Below, piece after piece: positions 20,004 through 31,200 of a stretch of 64,000 bases of DNA. Position 1 is the stretch's first letter. Each line of letters begins with the position of its first letter. The position numbers and the translations under genes were made by a program. This DNA comes from a virus. Under the pieces are notes generated by a model. That model saw only the letters and a list, made by a program, of their open reading frames with translations, did not search any database and was not told the DNA's origin. The stretch lies in IMG/VR virus record IMGVR_UViG_3300021963_000083, positions 20,656-84,655 of that record; one strand, 5' to 3'.

Positions 20004-22981
20004 GCCGCTAGATTTCCTATCTTCACTCTAAGGTTCGCACCTTCAAAGATTTTTATAACTTGACCATCCATCTCTATTCTAGACAGAGAAGTATTAGTAG
20101 ATGTTCTTACACTAAAATTACTTGTGCCAGTAAGCGCTATACTTCCTATTTGTGCGGATCCAATCGCGGCGTTAGCAATAAAAGTGCTTGCATTACCTGC
20201 CGTAATCTGACCACTAATATTGGTTCCAAAAGTTGCACCATACGTAGCATTGAGATCACCAGTGTATCCGAGACCTCCAATAGTAACCTGACCACTACCC
20301 CCTCCACTTAGAGTACCATTGTTATTAATACTAATATTGGAGTTATTGATTGAAGAGGCCGCAGTAGTACTAGAAATTACTATCTCACCACTGGTATTTC
20401 TTATCTGGAATCCTACTGTGTTTGCATCTACGTAACCTAATTTAATTAAATCGTAAGTGCCGTTACTTACAGTAAGAGTACCTTTGCCTGCACCTTGTTC
20501 GGCACCATTTATTCTAAAGTTTGTACCGCCGACATATAGTCTATTACCAATTACACTATCGGCTTTAAATCTATCAGCGTTTACAGTACCAGTAGTAATT
20601 TGACTTCCGTCAATTATGGTTCTGCCGTAATTTGCTACAAAGTCTACGCCACCTCTATATGTGGCAAATACTATGTTGTCAGCACCGTATGCTGTACCTG
20701 TAGCGGTACTAGACTGAAGCGTAGTATTTGGAGTCGTGTCGTTTTTTACCCAGTAAATATATAATGTGCCTGAGGACCAAGTAGTATTACCTGCTGCAAT
20801 ATTAACTACTAATATTGCACCGTCATCTTTGGTATATGTTATAGTACCTGCGGTCCAGCTTAAAGTATTAGTGGCTTCATTTGCTTGAAACTGAATACCT
20901 GCTATATCTACGCCACGCATACCTATCTGTAGCTTATTAGCTGAAACGGTATTCGTAGCAAGAGACCCACCCTCTATCTTGGTAGCATCACTGCCATTTC
21001 TCCAATTAGCGAGAGTTGTTGATCCACTTATAAGAATCTTACCAGGATCAATAGTAGTTGCTCCAGCGTTAATTCTTGTAGTAGGATTAGTAGCACCTGT
21101 AGCGGCATCAGTCTGTACGGTTCCTATGCTTACACCAGTTGCCCCTACTGTGATAGTGCCCGGAAGACTTGTGGTAGTGTTAAATCTATCTCCAGTTAAG
21201 CTCCCTGCTTGTACTCTATCAGCAGTTATAGATCCTACTACAATATCTGAAGTTCCGACTGCTGCTGGAATAGCGGCTGATCTAACTACTGTGAAAGTTA
21301 ATCCAGTAATCGAACCAACACCTGTTGTTAATGTAGTACCATTAGCAGCTACTAGAGTGGCTGTAGTGGATCCATTAGTAGCACTTACTACATAGTTAGT
21401 ACCACTAGTATATCCAGAAATAGTGGCACCTCCTAGAGTACCAGTGATCGTCACAACATTACCTAGACTTAGTGGAGTAGAATTTCCTGTGAATGTAAAT
21501 ACTCCACCAGCTGCTACAGTTACTGAGGATTGATTGGTGGCCGCGCTATTTGTTGATGTGAACGCTGAAATATTGTTTGAAGTATCTACTGACTTTAAGA
21601 AGTAATAATAAGTAGTACCATTTGCTACGCCTGATCTAGTAAATCCGCCAGGGGCACCTTTTACAGCGTTAACTGTAGCTATTTTAGTAGCTGAAGCAGA
21701 GTTATTAGTTGTTGCTTCCCATATTTCTACAGCTGCTAAATCTGTATCCGTAGCTCCATCAGTATTTGTCCAAGATAAGAATATATTCTTAAAAGTAGCT
21801 ATAGCAGTTAGTGTCGTAGGTATTCCAGGTGCTACACTATCTGTGCCGGATATAAGGGCAACCGGGGCAGAATATGCACCTTTATTGTCACTCTTATCGG
21901 CAGCTCTCACTCTTACAGTATAGCTTGTACCTGCTGTTACTGGCCATTCGTAAGAGTTAGTAGCAGTCTGATAACCAATGTAAGTAGCGTCTCCTGCGGC
22001 TGTTAGTTTTATCTCTGGTTCATAGTAGGATAGATCCGCCTCAGTATTAGCCGTCCAAGTTGCTTTAAGTTTAACTTGAATACTTCCACCAGCCAGAGTC
22101 TCAGTACTCGTAGTAAGAGTTAATCCAGCTACTTGTCCTGGTGGGGTAGTGTCTACTACTGCTCCAATTAAGCGAGTAAACGTCTGTACAACAGAAGTAG
22201 TAAATACTACGCCAGAGCTATTTTTACCACTAATATTATAAGTAATACTAGCTGTAGCTGCTGATATAGCGCTATGGTCATTTATTATAGCATAAGATGC
22301 TGAGTCAACAGCCGTAGTCCCGGCAGTTATACCACTAGCCACGACTGATAATATTTTCCAAGTACCTGAGGAAGTGCCTACACCATCATACTCTAGAGTA
22401 GTTAACCCCTCTATTACTGATATATTTGTACCTGAATTTGTGTAGATTCCATTATTACCATTACTGTCAGTCATGATATTAACGGTTGGTCTACTTAAAC
22501 TTACTAGTATAGGAGATACGCCTGAGGTTCCGTCTGCTCCCTTAAATCTAGACCATACGTAGTCGACATAACTATTACTTTCAACAGCCGATGTTTTATT
22601 AACAGCTATACCTATATACGCTCTTGTTATACCTCCGGAATCATATGTTCCAGTAGTAAAGTCTGTGGCTCCGTCCGCACTATTAGCATAGGCTATCCAC
22701 ACGAAAGTCTGAGTAGTCTGTGTACCTACTAACTCCCAATATGCGTTAGATATTGTAGGAAGTGTTGGAGGCGGATTACCAGAGGAAGAAGTATTATTTA
22801 TGTATACCCATATTGAATTCTGGTCATATGCAAGATCACCCTTTTTATAGGTTACTCCTGCAGCATAGTTAGTTGCTTGTGCAAATAACTCTGCAAAAGA
22901 CGTTGACGTAAGATCAATTAGGGAGGTGCCTAAGACACCTCCCGTAACATTCTCTGGATGATAAATAGAGTTAAAGATCAT
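20000..22981 (-). CDS. Central straight tail fibre (pb4-like) with FN3 domains and C-terminal beta-spike
   Basis: DTTPP..V.GL...W....E.DL.YY...Y.VRVRA.D FN3 units; C-terminal RVKIGNL; follows hub gene. Confidence 0.7.
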   Translation of the reverse strand: MIFNSIYHPENVTGGVLGTSLIDLTSTSFAELFAQATNYAAGVTYKKGDLAYDQNSIWVYINNTSSSGNPPPTLPTISNAYWELVGTQTTQTFVWIAYANSADGATDFTTGTYDSGGITRAYIGIAVNKTSAVESNSYVDYVWSRFKGADGTSGVSPILVSLSRPTVNIMTDSNGNNGIYTNSGTNISVIEGLTTLEYDGVGTSSGTWKILSVVASGITAGTTAVDSASYAIINDHSAISAATASITYNISGKNSSGVVFTTSVVQTFTRLIGAVVDTTPPGQVAGLTLTTSTETLAGGSIQVKLKATWTANTEADLSYYEPEIKLTAAGDATYIGYQTATNSYEWPVTAGTSYTVRVRAADKSDNKGAYSAPVALISGTDSVAPGIPTTLTAIATFKNIFLSWTNTDGATDTDLAAVEIWEATTNNSASATKIATVNAVKGAPGGFTRSGVANGTTYYYFLKSVDTSNNISAFTSTNSAATNQSSVTVAAGGVFTFTGNSTPLSLGNVVTITGTLGGATISGYTSGTNYVVSATNGSTTATLVAANGTTLTTGVGSITGLTFTVVRSAAIPAAVGTSDIVVGSITADRVQAGSLTGDRFNTTTSLPGTITVGATGVSIGTVQTDAATGATNPTTRINAGATTIDPGKILISGSTTLANWRNGSDATKIEGGSLATNTVSANKLQIGMRGVDIAGIQFQANEATNTLSWTAGTITYTKDDGAILVVNIAAGNTTWSSGTLYIYWVKNDTTPNTTLQSSTATGTAYGADNIVFATYRGGVDFVANYGRTIIDGSQITTGTVNADRFKADSVIGNRLYVGGTNFRINGAEQGAGKGTLTVSNGTYDLIKLGYVDANTVGFQIRNTSGEIVISSTTAASSINNSNISINNNGTLSGGGSGQVTIGGLGYTGDLNATYGATFGTNISGQITAGNASTFIANAAIGSAQIGSIALTGTSNFSVRTSTNTSLSRIEMDGQVIKIFEGANLRVKIGNLAA

Positions 22982-25900
22982 TGTTGTGTTATCCTATATC
23001 TTACCCAGTAGTACTGATTAATACTACTTACTCCCCCAGCCACTGGAGTTATTGAATCTACATATCGATTTTGTCCAGTTGCTACGGGAACTATAGCTAT
23101 GATACTAGCAGTACTTAGATTGTTGGTTGTTGACCTCCAAATCTCAGTTACCATGTTTTCTATCCCTGTGTTGGAGTCATTTTGCCAAGTGAGAGTAATT
23201 TGATTATACTGATTAGTCGTTGCTACAAGCGAGGTAGGTCCAGAAGTACTTGGGTAAATTACTTTACCAGGATTTGTAGTTGCTCCTGTACCTTCTACTC
23301 TTTTAATGTTTGATAGAGTATAAAAACTATCATCATATTCTTTAGCTACAATGTCTACTAGTCCATCCGGTTGATAATTCACTGATTCTACTCGGAAGTT
23401 CTTTCCTGGAGCTGTCCAGTCATACCTAGGATAAATCACTTGTATAATTGTACCCGCTAGTATCAAGAATCCGGAGGGCCTTATCGTCATACTAATACTT
23501 AGACCAAAACGAGACTTGTTTAAGAAACTATCGGCTAGTAATCTAGTATTATAGTAATTGGTTATTCCTGGTACGGATAGATTGCCTTTCTTGAATACAT
23601 TCCTATCAGTTTTTAAATAATCGGAATTAAAGAAACTAACATTACGAGCTTCGAACTTATTCGCTGGGTCAGCAAATGAGGCTGTTAATGAGTTGAAAGC
23701 GGATCTTGTACCCTCGTCGGATAGTTGAATCTTTCCAATTATATCATCAACAGTAATAGTTCTTATATCTAGTTCCCAAGCATTTGATTCATTGTATCTA
23801 TATCTTCTCTTGTCAGTAGTTAATAATACGCTTCTTCCAATATAATTATTGCTAGATGGTAGCGAAGCAAAGGATTCATAGGAATCTATTTCCTCTACAT
23901 CCAAAGAATACTTACCTGCGCTATATCTTAGTATACCACTAAAGTGGTCCAATAATGCATTCGTATTATCAAACAATGGTAGAGAAGTATCTAGGGTGAT
24001 ATTACACTGATTTCTAGTAACGTATCTCTGAGCATGTTCATCCCATCCTGACATTCTCCAGTAATTTACGTCATCACAATCATAAATAGAATAACCTGAT
24101 ATAGATTGTCCATCTGCGTTTATTCCCTTAATAGGATTTCCAGAAGTAGTAGGGGATAATGTCGCGCTTCCAGTTCCAGATACTCTTGTAAGAATAAATG
24201 AAGTCAGGGTGCTAGTCATGCCTGAAGGTGCTGTGGTAGGGCTCGACGCCCACGTATTATCTTGTGCTGTAGCATATACGCCCGCAGTATTAACTATAAA
24301 TAGTGAGCCTGCGCTATTATATACTACTTCATTTTGTTTCCATGATTTCCAAGAATTCCACTTATTGGTTAATTTACCTATAACATCAGTAAATTTAATA
24401 TAAGAGCCTGAAATTGAGCTGACAGTACCCTGCCATAGTATATTGCCAGTAGCAGGATATTTATATACATCACCAACTACTGGAGTACCTGCTGATGTTA
24501 ATACTGTTACATCGGATCTTGTATCACACTTTCTGGCGGATTCTGTAAAAGAAGGTAGAATTAGATCGTCTGTATAGTCTAATCCTTTGCCGTATGTTTG
24601 TGATGTTAGATAATCCAATGTTTGTATTGCTGGATTTATGCTTACTCGTCTATCCGAATATTTAGGGTAGATTCTTACATAATCAGATGCAACTGGAATA
24701 AAGTCCCAAATGCCATCAATAGCTGCTACTTTGTTAGTGCCATCATAAGCTGATATAACCCCTGATTGAGTAATTAGCTTTCCAGTACCCGCAATGTATC
24801 TGGTTATCTCTATATTATCGCCCACATAAAAAGTATTATCACTACTTGCTGTATTAGGCAATTTTACAGTATTTTTAGATGCTATAAGTAATGTACCTGT
24901 TGTACCATTTATTGTCTTTCCGCTTGTACTTGCTAGTGCCGTTGCTTCTGATCCGTATGACGCTGAAGTATAGTAACTAACCAATGATGTACTAGTAGGT
25001 GTGGAGCTGCCTTCCATTATAGCATATGGGAATGTATTACTTCCAGTTATATTATCATATACTGAATTATTTAAATAAACTATTTGATAAGTCTTTGTTG
25101 CAGATGCAGGATAAGTCATATCGTTATTTGCAGTGTAATTAAAGGTTACATATGTTCCTGCTGTCGAAGGTGTAGAACTTAATCTGGCTACTATAGCTCC
25201 ACCTAGAGTTACTCTATTTGCGCTATCTGAAAATTCTGAACCTAACTTGTTATAGTTGAAAGTATTCATGGTCCAAGTATTGGTACCACTTTTCATATAG
25301 AACTTTTTAATAAGTGGTTTACCGTTTGAATCATACATAAGACTAGGTGGAGTACTAAATCTAAATCTAACATTCTCAGATCCGTCTGGATTATAGAAAG
25401 TCCACTTATCAATAATTTGTACGTTTGAATTCAATAAAGTCTCTGTTCCATCATAGTTAGTGCCAGTCTTATAGTATAGTGATACAGTCTGACCCAATAC
25501 AAAGTTATCTGCAGATTCTCCAGTAACTTTATTATCATGAATATAACTATAATCATAGTTATAGCAGTCTAACAGCTTTCCTCTCACTACTACATTCATT
25601 TCTGGAATAGTGGTTTCGCCCTCTTTAATGATGAACTTACCAACTATATAAGCAGTGTCTAGTAGTCTGTGGTTTGGACCCCAGTATTCATAAGTATTGC
25701 TACCAGTCCAGTACGATTTTTGTATCTTGAATTTCTCTTCAAATGCTAGGCTTGATAGTTGAGCTGAGGCTTTCTGTCCTGGCTTGCCTGTAAATATATC
25801 TAGTGTTATTTCTTGTTGACTTGTTGGAGGAGCTAGTCTTAGCGAGTCTCCGTCTTTTAGTCCATATCCTGTTGGTGCTTGTGTAACTATTGGATTAGTA

Positions 25901-27429
25901 CCTAAATAATTAAAGCCTCTCCATTCTGTAACATAGTTAGCTATACCAGGCTCAGAGATAGATATGGCTTCTCCATCAGGCCCATAAAAAGTATATGGTG
26001 TGCCTATTAACTGTTCTCCACCAAGAGCATCACCTCTATCGGCTCTTCCTCTACATACTAATTCTACTGTATTTTCTGCAGACTGACTACCTCTAGCATC
26101 AGAGTCTGCTTTGTCGCTGCATAAAAGGCTGTTGCCATTTATGCTGACGTCGTATATTCCGCCAATCTCACCTTCTGATATAGCTGCTACTACATAGACC
26201 TCACTACTGTCTGAGGATAGTGTATCAGCGAATACAGGTATTAGGGTTTCAGGCTTTCTAACTCCATAAATTACTGGAATAGCCTTGGCTTGTATTTGGA
26301 AATCTAAGTTGGTAAAACGATCTTCTGGAACATTGTACTTCTTTACTTTTACACTGGCTCCAATACCTAGAACGCCTTTCTTCGATTTAATATCTTGTTT
26401 CTCTACCTGCACAACATATTTTGTGAGCATGTTAACCGAAGTTTCACCATGAATGAAACCCTTATCGTATGCATAAATAGGTTTTAGTGCAGAGTTAGGT
26501 TGTGGCGCTCCATTAGCATCCAGCGCTCTATGTGCCGAGTCAGAAGTTACTCTTCCTTTTACCTGGGCAAAATCTGCCCAGTGGCTAGAAAGATTCCAGC
26601 TTACTCTGATAGCGCCTTCTGAGTCTTCGAACCCTACACCACTTATGATGCCCTTGAATAGTAATACAGCTCCATCTTTTTTGGTAGTAGTATTTTGACC
26701 CACCATTATGCCATCTTTGAAATACGCTCTGTAGATAAATACTTCTCTGTTAATAAAGGAAGCATAGTCAGCTGCATTCTTATTTAAAAGAATACTAATA
26801 ATTTCTTCTGAGGCTAGTTTAAGCTGAGTAGATTGAGTAGCTGTAGTTAGATTTTCGTCGATTTTTGAGACTCTTAACACATTGCCGGATCTAAACGAGG
26901 TTATGTTAACTGTAATTCCGTTACCAGAAACACCTAAGTTAGAGGCACCTTTAACAGTTACTTTGTCTCCCTCTCTAAAGCCTTCAGCGAGTAAGTCGTC
27001 TAAAGAAATTGGTGCTGCATAAGTAATGTCCCATAATGCAAGTCCAGTAATAGGATCAATACCGGCGGAGGCTATAGTAGCAGTGCCAGTAATATCTGCA
27101 CCTAGACCATTCCCATCTAGTACTACTGTGGTATTAGATGGGGTTGCTCGTGTCTGCTCTTGAATAGCACCAACATTTAAAACCTTATTAGCTAGATATG
27201 TTTGTATGCCATTAGCTACGCCATCTAGACTGTTACTAGCATCATCAAAGGATACATTTATGCTGGCATCTGTTAAGTATGTGTATCTTTGTTCAGAAGT
27301 AGAGACCTGCCCGAATTCATCCGGTCTTGAAGGTCTTTCGAACTTTATAAGATGTGCATACTGAAACGGCTCGTTATTAACAAGCATAGTTTTCAGAGCT
27401 GTCGATACTGGTCTTTCTGTTGCGCTCAT
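22978..27429 (-). CDS. Baseplate hub / tail tip protein (pb3-like)
   Basis: IPVIYG, AISEGEIGG, NPA...DYL....YGKGL, C-terminal FN3; follows Dit. Confidence 0.75.
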   Translation of the reverse strand: MSATERPVSTALKTMLVNNEPFQYAHLIKFERPSRPDEFGQVSTSEQRYTYLTDASINVSFDDASNSLDGVANGIQTYLANKVLNVGAIQEQTRATPSNTTVVLDGNGLGADITGTATIASAGIDPITGLALWDITYAAPISLDDLLAEGFREGDKVTVKGASNLGVSGNGITVNITSFRSGNVLRVSKIDENLTTATQSTQLKLASEEIISILLNKNAADYASFINREVFIYRAYFKDGIMVGQNTTTKKDGAVLLFKGIISGVGFEDSEGAIRVSWNLSSHWADFAQVKGRVTSDSAHRALDANGAPQPNSALKPIYAYDKGFIHGETSVNMLTKYVVQVEKQDIKSKKGVLGIGASVKVKKYNVPEDRFTNLDFQIQAKAIPVIYGVRKPETLIPVFADTLSSDSSEVYVVAAISEGEIGGIYDVSINGNSLLCSDKADSDARGSQSAENTVELVCRGRADRGDALGGEQLIGTPYTFYGPDGEAISISEPGIANYVTEWRGFNYLGTNPIVTQAPTGYGLKDGDSLRLAPPTSQQEITLDIFTGKPGQKASAQLSSLAFEEKFKIQKSYWTGSNTYEYWGPNHRLLDTAYIVGKFIIKEGETTIPEMNVVVRGKLLDCYNYDYSYIHDNKVTGESADNFVLGQTVSLYYKTGTNYDGTETLLNSNVQIIDKWTFYNPDGSENVRFRFSTPPSLMYDSNGKPLIKKFYMKSGTNTWTMNTFNYNKLGSEFSDSANRVTLGGAIVARLSSTPSTAGTYVTFNYTANNDMTYPASATKTYQIVYLNNSVYDNITGSNTFPYAIMEGSSTPTSTSLVSYYTSASYGSEATALASTSGKTINGTTGTLLIASKNTVKLPNTASSDNTFYVGDNIEITRYIAGTGKLITQSGVISAYDGTNKVAAIDGIWDFIPVASDYVRIYPKYSDRRVSINPAIQTLDYLTSQTYGKGLDYTDDLILPSFTESARKCDTRSDVTVLTSAGTPVVGDVYKYPATGNILWQGTVSSISGSYIKFTDVIGKLTNKWNSWKSWKQNEVVYNSAGSLFIVNTAGVYATAQDNTWASSPTTAPSGMTSTLTSFILTRVSGTGSATLSPTTSGNPIKGINADGQSISGYSIYDCDDVNYWRMSGWDEHAQRYVTRNQCNITLDTSLPLFDNTNALLDHFSGILRYSAGKYSLDVEEIDSYESFASLPSSNNYIGRSVLLTTDKRRYRYNESNAWELDIRTITVDDIIGKIQLSDEGTRSAFNSLTASFADPANKFEARNVSFFNSDYLKTDRNVFKKGNLSVPGITNYYNTRLLADSFLNKSRFGLSISMTIRPSGFLILAGTIIQVIYPRYDWTAPGKNFRVESVNYQPDGLVDIVAKEYDDSFYTLSNIKRVEGTGATTNPGKVIYPSTSGPTSLVATTNQYNQITLTWQNDSNTGIENMVTEIWRSTTNNLSTASIIAIVPVATGQNRYVDSITPVAGGVSSINQYYWVRYRITQQ

Positions 27430-28205
27430 GGTAATATTTCTTCCAATGATAGAGAGAATTGATAGAGATTATCAGTATCTAGATCATACTCCATCGTATC
27501 TCCTTTTTGAATTACTCTGAATTGTGGATTTATAAAATTAATAACAGCAGTAGCAGCTACAGCTCTTGAGATCGGAGGCTGAGTCCAGACACGTCTCTGA
27601 GTATTTAACGCTGGTGCTGTAGTTCCAGCCTGATATGTGCCGTTGTCTTCTACTCTTATTACTTTATAAGCTTTCTTGTGATTTACATCAGAAGAATCAG
27701 TAATAGTAAAGAAGTCTCCTGGACTAGGGCTTCCTGATATTGCTGAGAACCCATTTAACATAAGAGTAGGCGAACCTGCAGCAGTTGCTGATGCAACAGT
27801 TATAGCACTAAGATTGGCTAGTGTATATGCTGCGAAGGTAGCATTCTTCGGTTTAGCGTGCTGTGGTAAAATAACATAAAAAGGGTTTAATCTTCCTCTG
27901 CGACTCTCAAGAAATGAACCTACAGGATCAAACTCATCACGAGTTAGTGGATTGTAAGATATATCGAAGGACCACTTATGATAACTGGGAGAGGCGGTTA
28001 CGCCCCTCCCACTTATTGTTCTTGACACCTGTGTAGTGTTATCTGATGTAAACTTTACTTTAGTAAAGCCAGGACCAGCTACGCCGTCCGTAACTTTAGT
28101 AGACGTTGTGCTAAATTGAGAGCTATTACTAAAAGTAGCTCCTGCGCTATTGATACCAAAGTTTGGATCTGGTAACAAGTCTGAAAAGTTTGTAAAAGTT
28201 GCCAT
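27426..28205 (-). CDS. Distal tail protein (pb9/Dit-like)
   Basis: LPDP...PGF......SG......W...I.YNP....F....F.....G...PF...LPQ; follows tape measure. Confidence 0.75.
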   Translation of the reverse strand: MATFTNFSDLLPDPNFGINSAGATFSNSSQFSTTSTKVTDGVAGPGFTKVKFTSDNTTQVSRTISGRGVTASPSYHKWSFDISYNPLTRDEFDPVGSFLESRRGRLNPFYVILPQHAKPKNATFAAYTLANLSAITVASATAAGSPTLMLNGFSAISGSPSPGDFFTITDSSDVNHKKAYKVIRVEDNGTYQAGTTAPALNTQRRVWTQPPISRAVAATAVINFINPQFRVIQKGDTMEYDLDTDNLYQFSLSLEEILP

Positions 28206-31200
28206 TAGAGTTTCCCTACTGAAGGACGAGTATAAACATTAACGTTTACATCTTCCATGAATGTCTTGCCACTAGCATTGGCTGCTTCGCGTAGCATCTT
28301 GATTATGTTACCCTTCTGACTTACAAGAACATCTTGGATGCCTTGTGAGTCGATAGCATTGATGGAGAAGTTGGCATTGATTGGCGATCCGCCTCCAACA
28401 TCATTAGCTGGTGTTACTGAGATTGGAGTTTCTGGAGTAATAACTTCAGGACCCTTCTCACCAACAACGAAGCCTCGGTTTCCATATCCTCTCATTAGCT
28501 CACCACCGTAAGCCGAGCCTACTGTGCGATAATTTGAGGCATTTGAGCCTGTGCCCTGTGAGCCACGTAGATAAGCTACTTCTCCGCCTGCGCTAGCATT
28601 TGGACCCTTAGCTAAGTCTACTGTATCTGAGCGCTTGCCTATTGATAGTGATGTTGGCATAGATGCTGCTTTTGGAGTATAGCTGCTTTCGTATTGAGTA
28701 CCAGAAATAATCGCTATCTGAGCAAGACCCATAGCACCTATCATACCTGCTAATATAGCTGCTGCAATAGGACCTACTTGTGCTGATGAAGCAAGAGCCC
28801 CAGCCACACCAGCTGCTGTTGACATAACTGCTTGTGCCATCATTAGCTTTTTGTTAGTATTGAACTGCTTTCTAGCTATTCCGTCCTTTTTCTTTTCTAG
28901 AGCATCTAATTTGGCCACGCTAGCGGCCGATTTACCATCTCTCTTTTCTTCTGCCGATATTTCTTTGTCTATGTTCTCTATCTTAGCTTTGGAAGTAGCA
29001 TTTAGTATGCTCATTACTCCACCAATAACAGAAGATATAGCAGAAGCTACAGCGGCTACCTTATCGCCGGCACTAGCACCTGCGTCAGCTAATACGGCGA
29101 AAGTATCTTGGAAAGAATTGGAAATATTGACAGCGGACTGACCTATCGCCAGTACTATCTCTCCTTGCGGACCAAGGGCCTGTAATGACTCTTTCATTTG
29201 ATTAACGAAAGCTCCGAGTCCTTCGGTAACAAATTCCGTTCTAGTCATTAGCCCGTCTTTTACATCAGCAGCCATGTTTCTTACATTATTATACATGGAG
29301 ATTAAGCCGTCGGGAGACTTTAATCCTTTTTCCATTGCTTTCTGTAAGTTTATACCTAAAGTATCTAAAGCCTTCTGTACAGTATCTACAGCATTAGTTT
29401 CGGCTCTATCTATAGACTCGTTAGTAACTTTGCCTAGCCTTGTACTGGCGTCTTTAAATGTAGCTATCTGAGTATCTACAGCGGCAAGTCTTGCAGTTAG
29501 ACCTTCTACTGAATCCTGCTGTGCGGTAACTACTATATCACCAGGAGCTTTTGTGCCTGCGGCAGCGGTAGTTGCTGCTGGAGCCTCTGCTTTCTTTGTT
29601 TTTGCTGCTGCTAGTTTATCCGCTATATCTTTTCTTTCGTCGGCTAATACCTTGGATCTACTTTCTATATCTGCTAGCATAGTATCTCGTTTAGCTTTTA
29701 GAAGAGCAAATTCTAGACGAATTATAGCTATTTTACCTTCGGCCTCTGCCTTTGCAATATCAAAAGCATCCTGAGCAGCCTGGACTTGTCTACGATACTG
29801 TACAGCTTCGGTATTTTCTATGCCCTTTCTCTTGGCCATGAGATCGAATACTGCGAGATTGTAGTCTTTCTGGGCCTTTATAGCCTCTGTAGCAGCCGAT
29901 ACTATTTGCTGCTCTATATTTAGAACTTCTTTCTTAAAATTTAGTCTATCTTCTTCGTTCTTAAAAGCGGCTAAAGCTATTCTCTGGCCTCTTTCTTCTA
30001 CATCGACTAATGCGTCTGCGGCATCGTATCTTTCTTTTTCTATATCACGAAGATTAGTATAATACTTTACTTGAGAGGAATTTCCACGTCCAGTCGCTCT
30101 CTTTATTTCCTGATCTAGAATCTGCTGTCTAATGTCCCACTCTTCTGACAGAGAGTCTCTCTTTTGCCGAGCAATTCTACCAATGTTGTCCAATTCTCTG
30201 GCGGTACTGTCATTAGCCATAGTTAGTAGACTTAAGGACTCTGCTTCTGACTTGGTTATGCTATCTTTTACCGCTCTAGTTTCTCTTTGTATTGCTAAAG
30301 ACTCTCTTTCGTTTTCTAAGTCTTTAATTTTACTTGCTACTGACCTCTCCAGGGCCGAATTGCCTTGCATTAGTGCGGCGGTTATTTGCTTTTGTAGTGC
30401 TACGCTCTGTGCGTCTCCTACTCTTAGTTCATCCTTCTTATCTGATATAGCGTCCGTTAATCTTTGCTGCTCTTTATTATAGTTTAATTTGGCCTGCTCC
30501 AAGCTAACTATTTTACCTTCTGCAGCTGCGACAGCTACAGCTTTTTTAGGGTCATTACTGTCAGTCTTAACTTGAGTACGTAATATAGAAAGTTGATCCT
30601 CTATATTTTGTTTCTCTTTTTCTGCTGTTATGTCCTTTAAGCTTTTAAGAAGTTCTAGAGTATCCTCTAGCTCTTTTAGTCTATTTCTCTGTTTTTGTAG
30701 ATCAATATCCAAAAAGCTTTTTTGTATTTTTAGCTGCTCTACTTGTAGCGCGATGATTGCATTCTCAGCTTTCATCTGTCTAGCAACATCGTCTCCGGTT
30801 ACGATACCCTGCTTTTGTATAACGTTTAACTGCGCCTGAGCTATTGCTAAGTTACCTTGAGCTAATATACTTTGTTCTTGAGCGTTTGCTAATAACTTAT
30901 TATAATCCTGTACCTGCTTTGAGATTAGAGGAGTTATAGCCGTCATTATCTTTGAGCGTTTGTCCTCAACTGGCCCTATTTGATTAGCTAAAGCACTGTA
31001 CTCTTTCGTTCCCTCATTATACTTAGCTTGTTCTGCCTTTAGATTTTGTAGTTTAAGATCTACGTCATCAAATACAGATAAATTAGCTTGTACATCTAAT
31101 GAGAAAATGTTTCTTGCATCGCCCTTAAATCCTGTGAGAGTTTCAGATAATCTCTTATTAAGATCAGTAGTTGATGTGCCTATAGATCCTGAATCTTCAA

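Noticed and set aside
18196-21395. Plus-strand ORFs antisense to tail genes (and similar shadow ORFs throughout)
   Set aside because: Mirror frames of S/T/A-rich genes with no RBS or motifs
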